32,000 nucleotides of DNA, from assembly GCF_000025685.1 (NCBI RefSeq), contig NC_013964.1:60001-92000 (forward strand), in the 5' to 3' direction. The notes below the pieces were generated by a model. The model worked only from the letters and a program-made list of their open reading frames with translations, searched no databases and was not told the DNA's origin. This document shows positions 1-7,746 of this stretch, piece by piece; within the stretch, counting starts at the first letter, position 1, and the number at the start of each line of letters is the position of its first letter. A program made the position numbers and the translations under genes. Origin of the DNA: Haloferax volcanii DS2. GTDB lineage: Archaea; Halobacteriota; Halobacteria; Halobacteriales; Haloferacaceae.

Positions 1-2022
1 CTCGACTTCGGCCTCGTCGGAGCCGACATCGCCGTCCGCGCCGCGGATGGCCTCGGCGTCGTCGAACCCGAGTTCGGCCGCGAGGTCGAGGTCGTCGACC
101 GCGTCGACGAGGAGTTCGCGGAGTTGGTCGCCGCGCTCGGGGCGGGCCTCGTCCATGCCGGCCTCGCGGTACTCGCGGGCGAGTTCCTCGAGGTCCGCGA
201 GGTCGTCGTAGGTTCCCGCGGTGCGCATGACCGGCGTGAGGTAGTCCACGATGGCCGCGTACGACCGGCGCTTGGCCTGCGTCCCCTCGCCGGGGTTGTT
301 GATGATGTACGGGTAGACGTTCGGGAGGTCCGAAACCAGTTGGTCCGGCGCGCTCTCGCCGTTCAGCCCGACGGTCTTGCCGGGGAGCCATTCGAGGCTG
401 CCGTGGGTGCCGAGGTGGACCACGGCGTCGGCCTCGAACGACTCGCGGAGCCACGCGTAGAACGCCACGTAGTCGTGCGGCGGCTGGAGGTCCGAATCGT
501 GGTACACCTTCGAGGGGTCCATCCCGAAGCCGCGCGGGGGCTGGACGGTCACGAGGACGTTCTCGAACTCGACGCCCGGAATGGCAAAGGGTCGCTCCGG
601 CGGGTCGCCCCACTCCTCGACGACGTTGTCGCGGAAGCGGTCGTCGGCGTCAGCGAACCAGTCGGCGTACTGGTCGGGAGCCACCACGTCGACGCTCAGG
701 TCCCGCACGTCCTCGGGGGCGACCCAGCGGTCGTCCAACGTCAACTGCGAGGTGAGGTCGTCGATGAGCGCCTGCCCGTCCGCGGGGAGGTCACCGACGG
801 CGTAGCCCCGCTCCCGGAGTTCGGACAGGAGATTGACCGTGCTCTCGGGGCTGTCCATCCCGAAGGCCGTCCCGATGCCGTCGTCGCTCGGCGGGTAGTT
901 GTGGAGGACGACCGCGACGTTCTTCTCGTCGTTCGGGAGGTGGCGGAGCCGCGCCCAGTTGACCGCGAGGCGGGCGACGTGGTCGACGCGGTCCTCGATG
1001 GGGAAGTGCTGTTTCGGCGCGCTCCCGACGCCCGCCTCGTCTTCCATCCGCTCTTTCCCGCTTATCGGGTGGGTGATGACGTTGCCGTCGAACTCGGGGA
1101 GCGCGACCGACAGCGCGAGTTCGAAGCCCATCACGCCCGTGTCGCTCGACTCGTACCGGCTTCGAGAGCGCATGGTCGTGATGGCCTGCAACACGGGGAC
1201 GCCGAGTTCGGTGAGGAACACGTCTTCGGCGGCCGACCCCTCGTCGTCGGCGTCGCGGCCCCGCTCGCTCATCGACAGCGAGAACATGAAGGAGCTGACG
1301 ACGGCGTCGACGACGGGGCCGTCGTCGTCCGAAAACCAGTTCCGGGCGACCCACTCGGCGTTCTCCTGTCCCTCCTCGTCGGTCGCGGGGTTGCAGAACG
1401 CGGGTAAGACGTTCGCGCCGAGCGATTCGAGGCGCTCCACGAGCGCGTCCACGTACCGGGTGTTCGCGTGCGTCCAGTGGGACTCGTAGAACCAGACGCC
1501 GATGGTCGGCTTGTCCGGGTCGTGCGTGTCGAGCAGTTCGTCGTACTCGACGCCGGGGTAGTCGGGGTGGTAGACGCCCTCTGTCGGGAGTTCGACAGGG
1601 TCGTCGACCTCGGTCTCGACGCCGGCGTACTCGGCGGCGAGGAACCGACAGAGGTTCTCGACGTTCACCGCGCCGCCGCGGTCGAGGTACTCGCAGACGC
1701 GCTCGCGGTCCGCGTCGGCGACGGTCGTGTCCCGGCGAGCGAAGGCGTCGCCCGTGGCCTTGACGACGAGCGGCACGCCCGCCGCTTCGAGTCGTTCGAC
1801 CGCGTGGTCGTAGCCGGGCATGCTGTCTTCGGCCCCGTGGAGCCAGAAGACGGCCGCCGTCGTCGACTCCAACTCGTCGACGAAGGCGTCCGCGTCGCTC
1901 ACGTCGTCCAAGTCGCTCGCGGAGCGGACGACGAGGTCGATTCCGTCGAGTCGGCGCGCGGCCCGCTGGACCGCGCCCAACTCGTTTTCGGTCGCTGTGT
2001 ACAGTCCGATTGTCGGTGTCAT
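1..2022 (-). CDS. cobN: Cobaltochelatase large subunit CobN (N-terminal ~674 codons; 3' end lies beyond the left window edge)
   Basis: Not in the supplied ORF track because it runs off the edge. My reverse-strand translation from ATG (complement of 2020..2022) gives MTPTIGLYTATENELGAVQRAARRLDGIDLVV... and stays open to position 1. It contains CobN/BchH-family blocks VLHNYPPSDDGIGTAFGMD (about 850-905), VVHLGTHGSLEWLPGK (about 370-425) and YPYIINNPGEGTQAKRR. Confidence 0.9.
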   Translation of the reverse strand, partial: MTPTIGLYTATENELGAVQRAARRLDGIDLVVRSASDLDDVSDADAFVDELESTTAAVFWLHGAEDSMPGYDHAVERLEAAGVPLVVKATGDAFARRDTTVADADRERVCEYLDRGGAVNVENLCRFLAAEYAGVETEVDDPVELPTEGVYHPDYPGVEYDELLDTHDPDKPTIGVWFYESHWTHANTRYVDALVERLESLGANVLPAFCNPATDEEGQENAEWVARNWFSDDDGPVVDAVVSSFMFSLSMSERGRDADDEGSAAEDVFLTELGVPVLQAITTMRSRSRYESSDTGVMGFELALSVALPEFDGNVITHPISGKERMEDEAGVGSAPKQHFPIEDRVDHVARLAVNWARLRHLPNDEKNVAVVLHNYPPSDDGIGTAFGMDSPESTVNLLSELRERGYAVGDLPADGQALIDDLTSQLTLDDRWVAPEDVRDLSVDVVAPDQYADWFADADDRFRDNVVEEWGDPPERPFAIPGVEFENVLVTVQPPRGFGMDPSKVYHDSDLQPPHDYVAFYAWLRESFEADAVVHLGTHGSLEWLPGKTVGLNGESAPDQLVSDLPNVYPYIINNPGEGTQAKRRSYAAIVDYLTPVMRTAGTYDDLADLEELAREYREAGMDEARPERGDQLRELLVDAVDDLDLAAELGFDDAEAIRGADGDVGSDEAEVE

Positions 2023-2066
2023 TGATAAAGTGTTATTGTCTTACTGCAACTACGTTTTCGTATTCG
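2023..2066. promoter_or_regulatory. 44-bp AT-rich divergent spacer between cobN and chlID (two back-to-back promoters, probably leaderless or near-leaderless mRNAs)
   Basis: The sequence attgataaagtgttattgtcttactgcaactacgttttcgtattcg is the only AT-rich stretch between the two start codons. It contains ttgataaag and cgaaaacg (complement) as candidate TATA/BRE-like elements. Confidence 0.5.
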
Positions 2067-4187
2067 ATGACGACTCAGACGCTTCCGTTCTCGGCTATCG
2101 TCGGGCAAGACGAACTGAAACAGGCGTTGTTGGCGGTCGGAGCCAACGACGACCTCGACGGACTCCTCGTTCGCGGCGAGAAGGGCACCGCGAAGTCGAC
2201 CGCGGTCCGCGCGCTTTCGGACCTCCTGCCCGAACAGGCGGTCGTCGCGGACTGTCCGTACGGCTGCCCGCCGGACCCGGACGACCCGGCCCGCCAGTGC
2301 GACTCGTGTCGGGCCCGCGACGACCCCGCGGTCGAACGCCGGTCGGTCCCGCTCGTGACGCTCCCGCTCGGCGCGACCCGCGACCGGGTCGCGGGCACGC
2401 TCTCCGTCGCCGACGCGCTGGACGGCGAGGCGTCGTTCGACCCCGGGCTCTTGGCCCGCGCGAACCGCGGCATCCTCTACGTGGACGAGGTGAATCTCCT
2501 CGACGACCACCTCGTCGACCTGCTCTTGGACGCGGCCGCGAGCGGCGTCAACCGCGTCGAGCGCGACGGGATGAGCGTCGAACACCCCGCCGAGTTCACG
2601 CTCGTCGGGACGATGAACCCCGAGGAGGGCGACCTCCGCCCTCAGCTCCGGGACCGCTTCGCCCTCCAGGCGACCGTCGTCGGCAGCCGCGACGTCGACG
2701 ACCGCGTGGAGATTATCGACCGGGCGCTGGCGGGCGGCGACGACCCGGAGACGGTCGCCGACGCCCACCGCGAGGGGACCGCGGCGCTCGAAACCGCGCT
2801 CCGCGAGGCGACGGCCCGCCTCGACTCGGTCGCCCTCCCGACCGAGTTCAAACGCGACATCGCCGAACTCTGCGTCGACGCCGGCGTCGAGGGCCACCGC
2901 GCCGACATCGCCATCGCCCGCGCGGCCCGAACGCTCGCGGCGCTCGACGGCCGGACGAAGGTGCTCGAAAGCGACGTGCGCGAAGCGGCCGCCCTCGCGC
3001 TCCCGCATCGACTTCAGAGCCGGCCGTTCGACGACGACCCGGACGTCGACGACGTGCTCGACGACCACTTCGACGAGGACGAAGACCGGGACGACGACGG
3101 GGGCGGCGACGCTAACGACGGGGACGGTGAGGGTGACGATGCGGGCGATGCCGACGACGGCGGGAGTGACGACGGCGACGCCAGCGACGGCGAGGAACGC
3201 GCCGAGGGAGGCGACAGCGACGCCGACGCCCCCGGCGCGGCTCCCGACTCTGATGCCGGTGGTGACGACCGAGGCGGCGAAGTCGGCGGAGCCGACGAGC
3301 GCGGACCCGAAGACGGTGATTCGGAAGGCGGAAATTCCGAAGACGGCGATACCGACGGCTCCGGCGACGACCCCGACGAGGCCACGCCGCTTCTCCCCGG
3401 TCAGAACCGGGCCGCCGTCGGCGACGCCGAGCGCCCGCCGGTCGAGGACGCCGCCCTCGACGCGGAGACGCCGGGTGACGGCAGCCGCGCCGCGGTTCGG
3501 GAGTCGCGTCAGGGTCGAGGCTCGCGGGTACGAACCGAACCGGCGACCGAGACCGACGACATCGACGTGCCGGCGTCGGTCCGGGCCGCCGCCTCGGCCG
3601 GCCGGTCCCGCGTCACCCGGTCGGACCTCAGAACCGCGGTCTCCCGCGGGTCGGCCGCGACGCTCGTCGTGTTCGTCGTGGACGCGAGCGCGTCGATGCG
3701 CGCCGCTATGCGGCAGGCGAAGGGAACCGTGCTGTCGCTCCTCGAAGACGCCTACGAGCAACGCGACGAGGTCGCGTTCGTCGCCGTCGCGGGCGACGAG
3801 GCCGAGGTGTTGCTCCCGCCGACCGACAGCGTGACGCTGGCGGCGCGGCACCTGAAGGAGCTTCCGACGGGCGACCGGACGCCGCTTCCCTCCGGGTTGG
3901 ACGCCGCTCGCCGGGTCATCGACCGCTCGGACGCCGACGCCGCGCTCGTCGTCGTCGTCACCGACGGCCGGGTTACCGTCGCGGACGGCAGCCCCACCGG
4001 ACAGACCCGGTCGGCGGCGCGGAGCCTCGCCACCGCCGACGCGTCGGTCGTCGTCGTCGACGCCGGCGATGACGGCATCGGCGTGACCGACATCCTCGTC
4101 TCCGAAACGGACGCGCGGCGCATCCCGCTTTCCGACCTGTCGGCCGAGCGGGTCGCTGAGGCCGAGCGCTTCGCGGACGGGCAGTAG
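2067..4187 (+). CDS. chlID: Fused ChlI/ChlD-type chelatase ATPase subunit (AAA+ module, acidic linker, vWA module), the expected partner of CobN
   Basis: Track ORF is 2010..4187. I prefer ATG 2067 (MTTQTLPFSAIVGQDELK, a canonical ChlI/BchI N-terminus), because the 19 codons upstream are AT-rich spacer. Supporting motifs: Walker A GEKGTAKST, Walker B ILYVDEVNLL, GTMNPEEGDLRPQLRDRF, a roughly 120-aa D/E/G-rich linker, and a C-terminal vWA domain with MIDAS-like VVDASASM. Confidence 0.9.
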   Translation: MTTQTLPFSAIVGQDELKQALLAVGANDDLDGLLVRGEKGTAKSTAVRALSDLLPEQAVVADCPYGCPPDPDDPARQCDSCRARDDPAVERRSVPLVTLPLGATRDRVAGTLSVADALDGEASFDPGLLARANRGILYVDEVNLLDDHLVDLLLDAAASGVNRVERDGMSVEHPAEFTLVGTMNPEEGDLRPQLRDRFALQATVVGSRDVDDRVEIIDRALAGGDDPETVADAHREGTAALETALREATARLDSVALPTEFKRDIAELCVDAGVEGHRADIAIARAARTLAALDGRTKVLESDVREAAALALPHRLQSRPFDDDPDVDDVLDDHFDEDEDRDDDGGGDANDGDGEGDDAGDADDGGSDDGDASDGEERAEGGDSDADAPGAAPDSDAGGDDRGGEVGGADERGPEDGDSEGGNSEDGDTDGSGDDPDEATPLLPGQNRAAVGDAERPPVEDAALDAETPGDGSRAAVRESRQGRGSRVRTEPATETDDIDVPASVRAAASAGRSRVTRSDLRTAVSRGSAATLVVFVVDASASMRAAMRQAKGTVLSLLEDAYEQRDEVAFVAVAGDEAEVLLPPTDSVTLAARHLKELPTGDRTPLPSGLDAARRVIDRSDADAALVVVVTDGRVTVADGSPTGQTRSAARSLATADASVVVVDAGDDGIGVTDILVSETDARRIPLSDLSAERVAEAERFADGQ

Positions 4188-4222
4188 CGGGGTATCGCTC
4201 GTCTCGTGTCGCATGGTTTCTT

Positions 4223-5461
4223 CTATCGAATCGGTCGCGTGCGGAGTCGGTAGGCTCCGCGCGTGACGCCCTCGTCGTGGTACTCGACCGGCTCTTCGAC
4301 CACCGCGAGGACGCCCCCACCCGCGGCGACCGCGGTCGGGATGCCGGGGAGGTCGTCGGTCCGGACGTGCCCCGCCGTCGCACCGAACGTGTGGACGCCG
4401 TGGCGGTCGGCCTCTCGCTCCCGGAAGTGCTGGGCGGACGGTACGAAGACCCGCGAGCCGGCCGCGACGGCGGCGCGCGCGAACCCGCCGGTGTCGCGGG
4501 TCCACAGGCGCTCGCCCCCATCGACGGAGACGCCGACCGCGGTGTGTTCGTCGGGATGTCGCGCGTCCGGGTCGCGGGTCGACTCCGCGAACGTGTTCCC
4601 CGTGACGAAGGCGGCGGTTTCGCCGGCGACGCAGACGTGGGTCGGATAGGCGTAGACGGTCTCGTCGCCGACGCGCCGCTCGGAGGCGAGGTCGATTCGC
4701 CACCGCTCGTTCCCCTCGAAATCGAGGAGGTAGCCGCGTTTGTCGCCGTGGCTGGCGACGGCCAGCGCGTCGCCCGCGAACGCCACGTCCCCGACCCGCC
4801 GGTCGCCGTCGGTGCCGGGGTCCCACGACGCGACTCGCCCTCCGGTGTGGGCGTCGAGGAGCACGAGACCGTTCTGTTCGGGGTTCGGACAGCGGTTGTA
4901 CGCGACGGCGACGCGGTCCCCCTCGGCGGCGACCGCGATGGGCGAGGCGTGGACGCGTCTGCGCCACGCGACCCGGCCGTCGCGGCCGAACCCGAGGACG
5001 ACGCTCCGCCAGACTCGCTCGTCGCCGTCGCGTTCGTACCGTCGGGCGGCGACGACGACTCTGTCGCCCGTCACCGCGAGGTCGACGACGTAGGGTCGGA
5101 AGAACAGCGAGTCTCTCGCCGCGGTGCCCACGTCGTCGGTCGTCGCGTACGTCCAGCGCGCGTCGCCCGTCTCGGCGTCGAGGACGCGAACGAGTCCGTC
5201 GCCGCCGCGCTCGCCGACGACGAGGAAGTCGTCGGCGGCGGCCATCGACACGACGGGGTTGTCGCCGCGCGCCTCCCAGCGGTCGTCGGAGTCGGATGCG
5301 GAGTCGGCAGCGGCTTCCAGCGCGACGACGCGGCCGGCCGCGGTTCCGACGAAGACGGCGTCGTCGGTCGCGGCGACCGCCGAGCGCGTCCAGTTGTGGC
5401 GACTGCTCGCGGGGTCGACTTCACCGAGGTCGCGGCGGGCCGAGAGTGGAGCCGATGGCAT
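4223..5461 (-). CDS. PQQ/BamB-like beta-propeller repeat protein, function unknown; last gene of the cob operon
   Basis: 412-aa ORF with an acidic composition. It carries recurring propeller-type repeats (GRVVALEAA, LVRVLDAETGDARWTY, LVLLDAHTGGRVASW, GYLLDFEGNERWRI, VSVDGGERLWTR). Its ATG at 5461 lies only 4 nt after the upstream gene's stop (5466). No hydrophobic signal or TM segment is visible. Confidence 0.75.
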   Translation of the reverse strand: MPSAPLSARRDLGEVDPASSRHNWTRSAVAATDDAVFVGTAAGRVVALEAAADSASDSDDRWEARGDNPVVSMAAADDFLVVGERGGDGLVRVLDAETGDARWTYATTDDVGTAARDSLFFRPYVVDLAVTGDRVVVAARRYERDGDERVWRSVVLGFGRDGRVAWRRRVHASPIAVAAEGDRVAVAYNRCPNPEQNGLVLLDAHTGGRVASWDPGTDGDRRVGDVAFAGDALAVASHGDKRGYLLDFEGNERWRIDLASERRVGDETVYAYPTHVCVAGETAAFVTGNTFAESTRDPDARHPDEHTAVGVSVDGGERLWTRDTGGFARAAVAAGSRVFVPSAQHFREREADRHGVHTFGATAGHVRTDDLPGIPTAVAAGGGVLAVVEEPVEYHDEGVTRGAYRLRTRPIR

Positions 5462-5465
5462 CGGT

Positions 5466-5849
5466 TCAGTCCTCGACGGGGAAGGCGTCGTGAAGCGTGT
5501 GGTGGGCCTCTCCGAGGTCGTCGAGCAGCGCGTCCGTGCCCTCGCGGAGACGGCGAAGCGACCGTTCGGCGTCGCGGACGGCGACGAGTCGGCCGCGGAG
5601 GTAGCCGGCCTGCGGGTCGTCGTCGTCGATTCGCGTCGCCTCCGATTCGAGGTCGACGAGCGCGGCGTCGAGATGTCGCTGGGCCTCGTCGAGCGTGGTC
5701 GCGTTCGCGAGCGCCTGAATCGGGCCGGGGTCGGCGTCGCCGAGGTAGTCTTCGAGTTCGGCTTCGGCGTGTCGCTTCGCGTGTTCGTCGGTCGTTCCGG
5801 TGATGTTCAACAGCGCCAGTCGGAGCGCTTCGAGTTCTGCGCAGGCCAT
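5466..5849 (-). CDS. Small acidic all-helical protein of unknown function (possibly DUF3209-like), embedded in the cob operon
   Basis: The track ORF 5466..6005 has an Arg-rich 52-aa leader that overlaps the cbiX coding region, so I regard that leader as spurious. ATG 5849 (MACAELEALRLALLNITGTTDEHAK...) lies 2 nt after the cbiX stop. The product is 127 aa. The DUF3209 assignment comes from memory, not from a search. Confidence 0.65.
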   Translation of the reverse strand: MACAELEALRLALLNITGTTDEHAKRHAEAELEDYLGDADPGPIQALANATTLDEAQRHLDAALVDLESEATRIDDDDPQAGYLRGRLVAVRDAERSLRRLREGTDALLDDLGEAHHTLHDAFPVED

Positions 5850-5851
5850 GA

Positions 5852-7072
5852 TTAGAGTGATTGGTGGACGAGGTTCGAGACGATGCGGTCCCGTTCGAGG
5901 TGGGACGAGACGATGCGGTCGGTGTCGTCGGGCGTCACGCCGCCGTACCAGACGCTGTCGGGGTAGACGGCGACGATCGGGCCGTCGCCGCACTGGCCGA
6001 GACACGAACTCCGGGAGACGTGTACGTCGCAGTCGTCGGCGTCGCGCACGCCCTGTCTGAGTTGTTCGAGGACGGTCGCCGCGCCGCTCGCGGCGCAGGT
6101 CTGGTTCGTGCAGACCGCGACGTGCTTCTCGGGGGCGTCGTGGACGTGCGGGTCGTCGTCAACGTCGCTCCGGTCGGCGTGTTCCGCCTGGTGGACGAGC
6201 GAGCGAAGCATCGCGCGAGCGCCGCCCTCGTCGTCCTCGTAGCCGGCGAGTTCGACCTTGTACTTGCAGGTGTCGCACGACATCTCGACGCTCCCCGACC
6301 GCGCCTCTTGATAGCGGTCGGCCAGCGTCTCGACCACCCGGGCGTCGGTGCCGAGCGGTCCCGACGCGCCGGCGTCGACGTAGGGGTACTCCTCGTCGAA
6401 CGTCTCGGCGGTGTCCACGATTCGTTCCGTCAGCACGCCGTCACCGAGCATGTACGGGAGGACGACGACGGCGTCCGGGCGGTCCTTGGCGACGGTGTGA
6501 AGCGTCTCCTCAAGCCGGGGCGTCGTGACGCCGATGAACGCCGATTCGACGCGGGTGAACTCGCGGCCCTCGTACAGCAGGCGCGCCAGTTTGTGCACGT
6601 CGCCGTTCGAGTCGGGGTCGCTCGACCCGCGGGCGCAGAGCACGACCGCCACGTCGTCGTCCTCGCGGTCGACGCCGAGGTCGGATTCGACCGCCCGCGC
6701 CCGCTCGTCCAACAAATCCACGAGCGAGGGATGGATGCCGAGATGTGAGCCGAACCGGAACTCGGTGTCGTCGTGGGTCGCGCGGGCCCGCTGGACCGCC
6801 AGCGGCACGTCGTTTTTGACGTGGCTGGCGGCGAAAAGCGAGAGGGGAACGACGGTCATCGTCCGGCAGGTCGGAGCCATCGTCTCGATTGCGTCGTCTA
6901 TCGACGGCTCGGCGAGTTCGATGTACGCCGCGTCCACCGGGACCGACAGCCGCGATTCCAGTTTCGCGGCGAGGGTCCGCACCTGCTCGTTCGACTCCTC
7001 GCGGCGCGAGCCGTGGCCGACGAGGAGCACCGCGTCGTCGTCGAGCGCCGGGTCGGGCCGTTCGAGGCTCAT
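5852..7072 (-). CDS. cbiX: Sirohydrochlorin cobaltochelatase CbiX (two-lobe long form) fused to a C-terminal thioredoxin-like [2Fe-2S] ferredoxin domain
   Basis: 406 aa. The N-lobe starts AVLLVGHGSRREESNEQ and the C-lobe starts VAVVLCARGSSDPDSNGD, which are CbiX/SirB-type repeats. An MSCDTC (MxCxxC) motif sits at aa 264-269. Residues 316-400 carry C321-x4-C326-x30-C357-x3-C361 (VAVCTNQTC...SCLGQCGDGP), a NuoE/thioredoxin-like ferredoxin pattern. The start overlaps the upstream gene in an ATGA junction at 7069-7072. Confidence 0.88.
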   Translation of the reverse strand: MSLERPDPALDDDAVLLVGHGSRREESNEQVRTLAAKLESRLSVPVDAAYIELAEPSIDDAIETMAPTCRTMTVVPLSLFAASHVKNDVPLAVQRARATHDDTEFRFGSHLGIHPSLVDLLDERARAVESDLGVDREDDDVAVVLCARGSSDPDSNGDVHKLARLLYEGREFTRVESAFIGVTTPRLEETLHTVAKDRPDAVVVLPYMLGDGVLTERIVDTAETFDEEYPYVDAGASGPLGTDARVVETLADRYQEARSGSVEMSCDTCKYKVELAGYEDDEGGARAMLRSLVHQAEHADRSDVDDDPHVHDAPEKHVAVCTNQTCAASGAATVLEQLRQGVRDADDCDVHVSRSSCLGQCGDGPIVAVYPDSVWYGGVTPDDTDRIVSSHLERDRIVSNLVHQSL

Positions 7073-7746
7073 GCGTTCTCCGCCTCTTCGAGGCTACGGA
7101 CGAGCTTTCGACGCCGCGTCGGCGCGAACAGGTTCGTCTCGTCGCTCCCCTCGTAGACCCACTCACCGAAGCCGGCGGCCGCGTCGTCGTCGATACCGAA
7201 CCAGTAGCCGCCAGAGGAGGTCTCGCCAATCTCGCCGGTCGGCGCGTCAACGGGGCAGGCGTCGAGCAGTCGGTCAACGGTTTCGAGGAGCGCCCGGTCG
7301 TCGTGGACGAACGAGATGCCGACCGTCCCCGACGAGGATTTGAAACAGACCGTCCCGCAGGATTCGAGCAGGCCGCGGAGGAGCTGTTTTCGCCGGGCGT
7401 CGAACACGTCGAAGCGGTAGCCGCCGGCGTCGCCGCCGACGGGGAGGCCGAACGCGGCGCTCGCGCTTCGCACCACGTCGCCGTCGACCGTCACGCGGTA
7501 CTCGTCTTTGACGCGGGTGACGGCGGTGTTGTGGGCGTACTCTCGCGCCGTCTCCCGGCGGTCGATGTCGCCGCCGCCGGCGATGACCGCGAGGCGGTTC
7601 GCGCAGGTCTCGTCGCCCGTCGAGACGGTGAACTGCGCTCGTTCGATTTGGCCGCCGCCGGCGACGTGGCCCCAGAGGTAGGCCGTCTCGGGCGCGCTTT
7701 CGAGGAGGTCGTCCGCGGGGGCGACGCCGGCGTTCGCGTCGCTCAC
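7069..7746 (-). CDS. Conserved cob-operon protein of unknown function with two degenerate LAGLIDADG-like motifs
   Basis: 225 aa with a GTG start at 7746 that forms a GTGA overlap with the ferredoxin stop. Its own stop overlaps the cbiX ATG. The composition is acidic. Two motifs, AYLWGHVAGGGQI and QLLRGLLESCGTVCF, resemble the paired helices of LAGLIDADG folds but lack the terminal acidic residues. This is pattern recognition, not an HMM result. Confidence 0.7.
   Translation of the reverse strand: MSDANAGVAPADDLLESAPETAYLWGHVAGGGQIERAQFTVSTGDETCANRLAVIAGGGDIDRRETAREYAHNTAVTRVKDEYRVTVDGDVVRSASAAFGLPVGGDAGGYRFDVFDARRKQLLRGLLESCGTVCFKSSSGTVGISFVHDDRALLETVDRLLDACPVDAPTGEIGETSSGGYWFGIDDDAAAGFGEWVYEGSDETNLFAPTRRRKLVRSLEEAENA

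Noticed and set aside
2010-2066. Extended upstream starts offered by the ORF track: 2010 for chlID, 13010 for cbtA, 13093 for cbiT, 18467 for the ALDH, 21181 for the ADH, 22557 for Lrp, and the long leaders of cbiH, cbiF, cbiL, DUF917a/c and the ABC permeases.
   Set aside because: The extensions run through AT-rich promoter DNA or through the preceding gene in another frame. They encode non-acidic or Arg-rich peptides. Internal ATG/GTG codons give canonical family N-termini and the recurrent ATGA/GTGA coupling pattern.
3030-3400. A GA/GAC-rich low-complexity DNA stretch in chlID, encoding D/E/G runs.
   Set aside because: It is the acidic linker typical of ChlD/BchD-type subunits, exaggerated in a halophile. 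The reading frame is uninterrupted, so it is not a separate element.
2019-4967. A 982-aa minus-strand ORF, and similar long ORFs in alternative frames: 1820-3115 +, 4277-5803 +, 6889-8952 +, 9978-11015 +, 15091-16662 -, 16848-18344 +, 17050-18360 -, 18507-19700 -, 19908-20789 -, 24907-26568 +, 26760-27899 -, 28517-30229 +.
   Set aside because: Their translations are Arg/Pro/Gly/Ala-rich, basic and low-complexity, the opposite of the acidic haloarchaeal proteome. They lie antisense to or out of frame with genes that have clear family motifs. Stop-codon scarcity in roughly two-thirds-GC DNA explains them.
5380-5461. A twin-arginine (Tat) signal in the beta-propeller protein (LSARRDLGE).
   Set aside because: The RR is followed by a charged, non-hydrophobic sequence (EVDPASSRHNWTRS). 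There is no h-region or AxA cleavage site.
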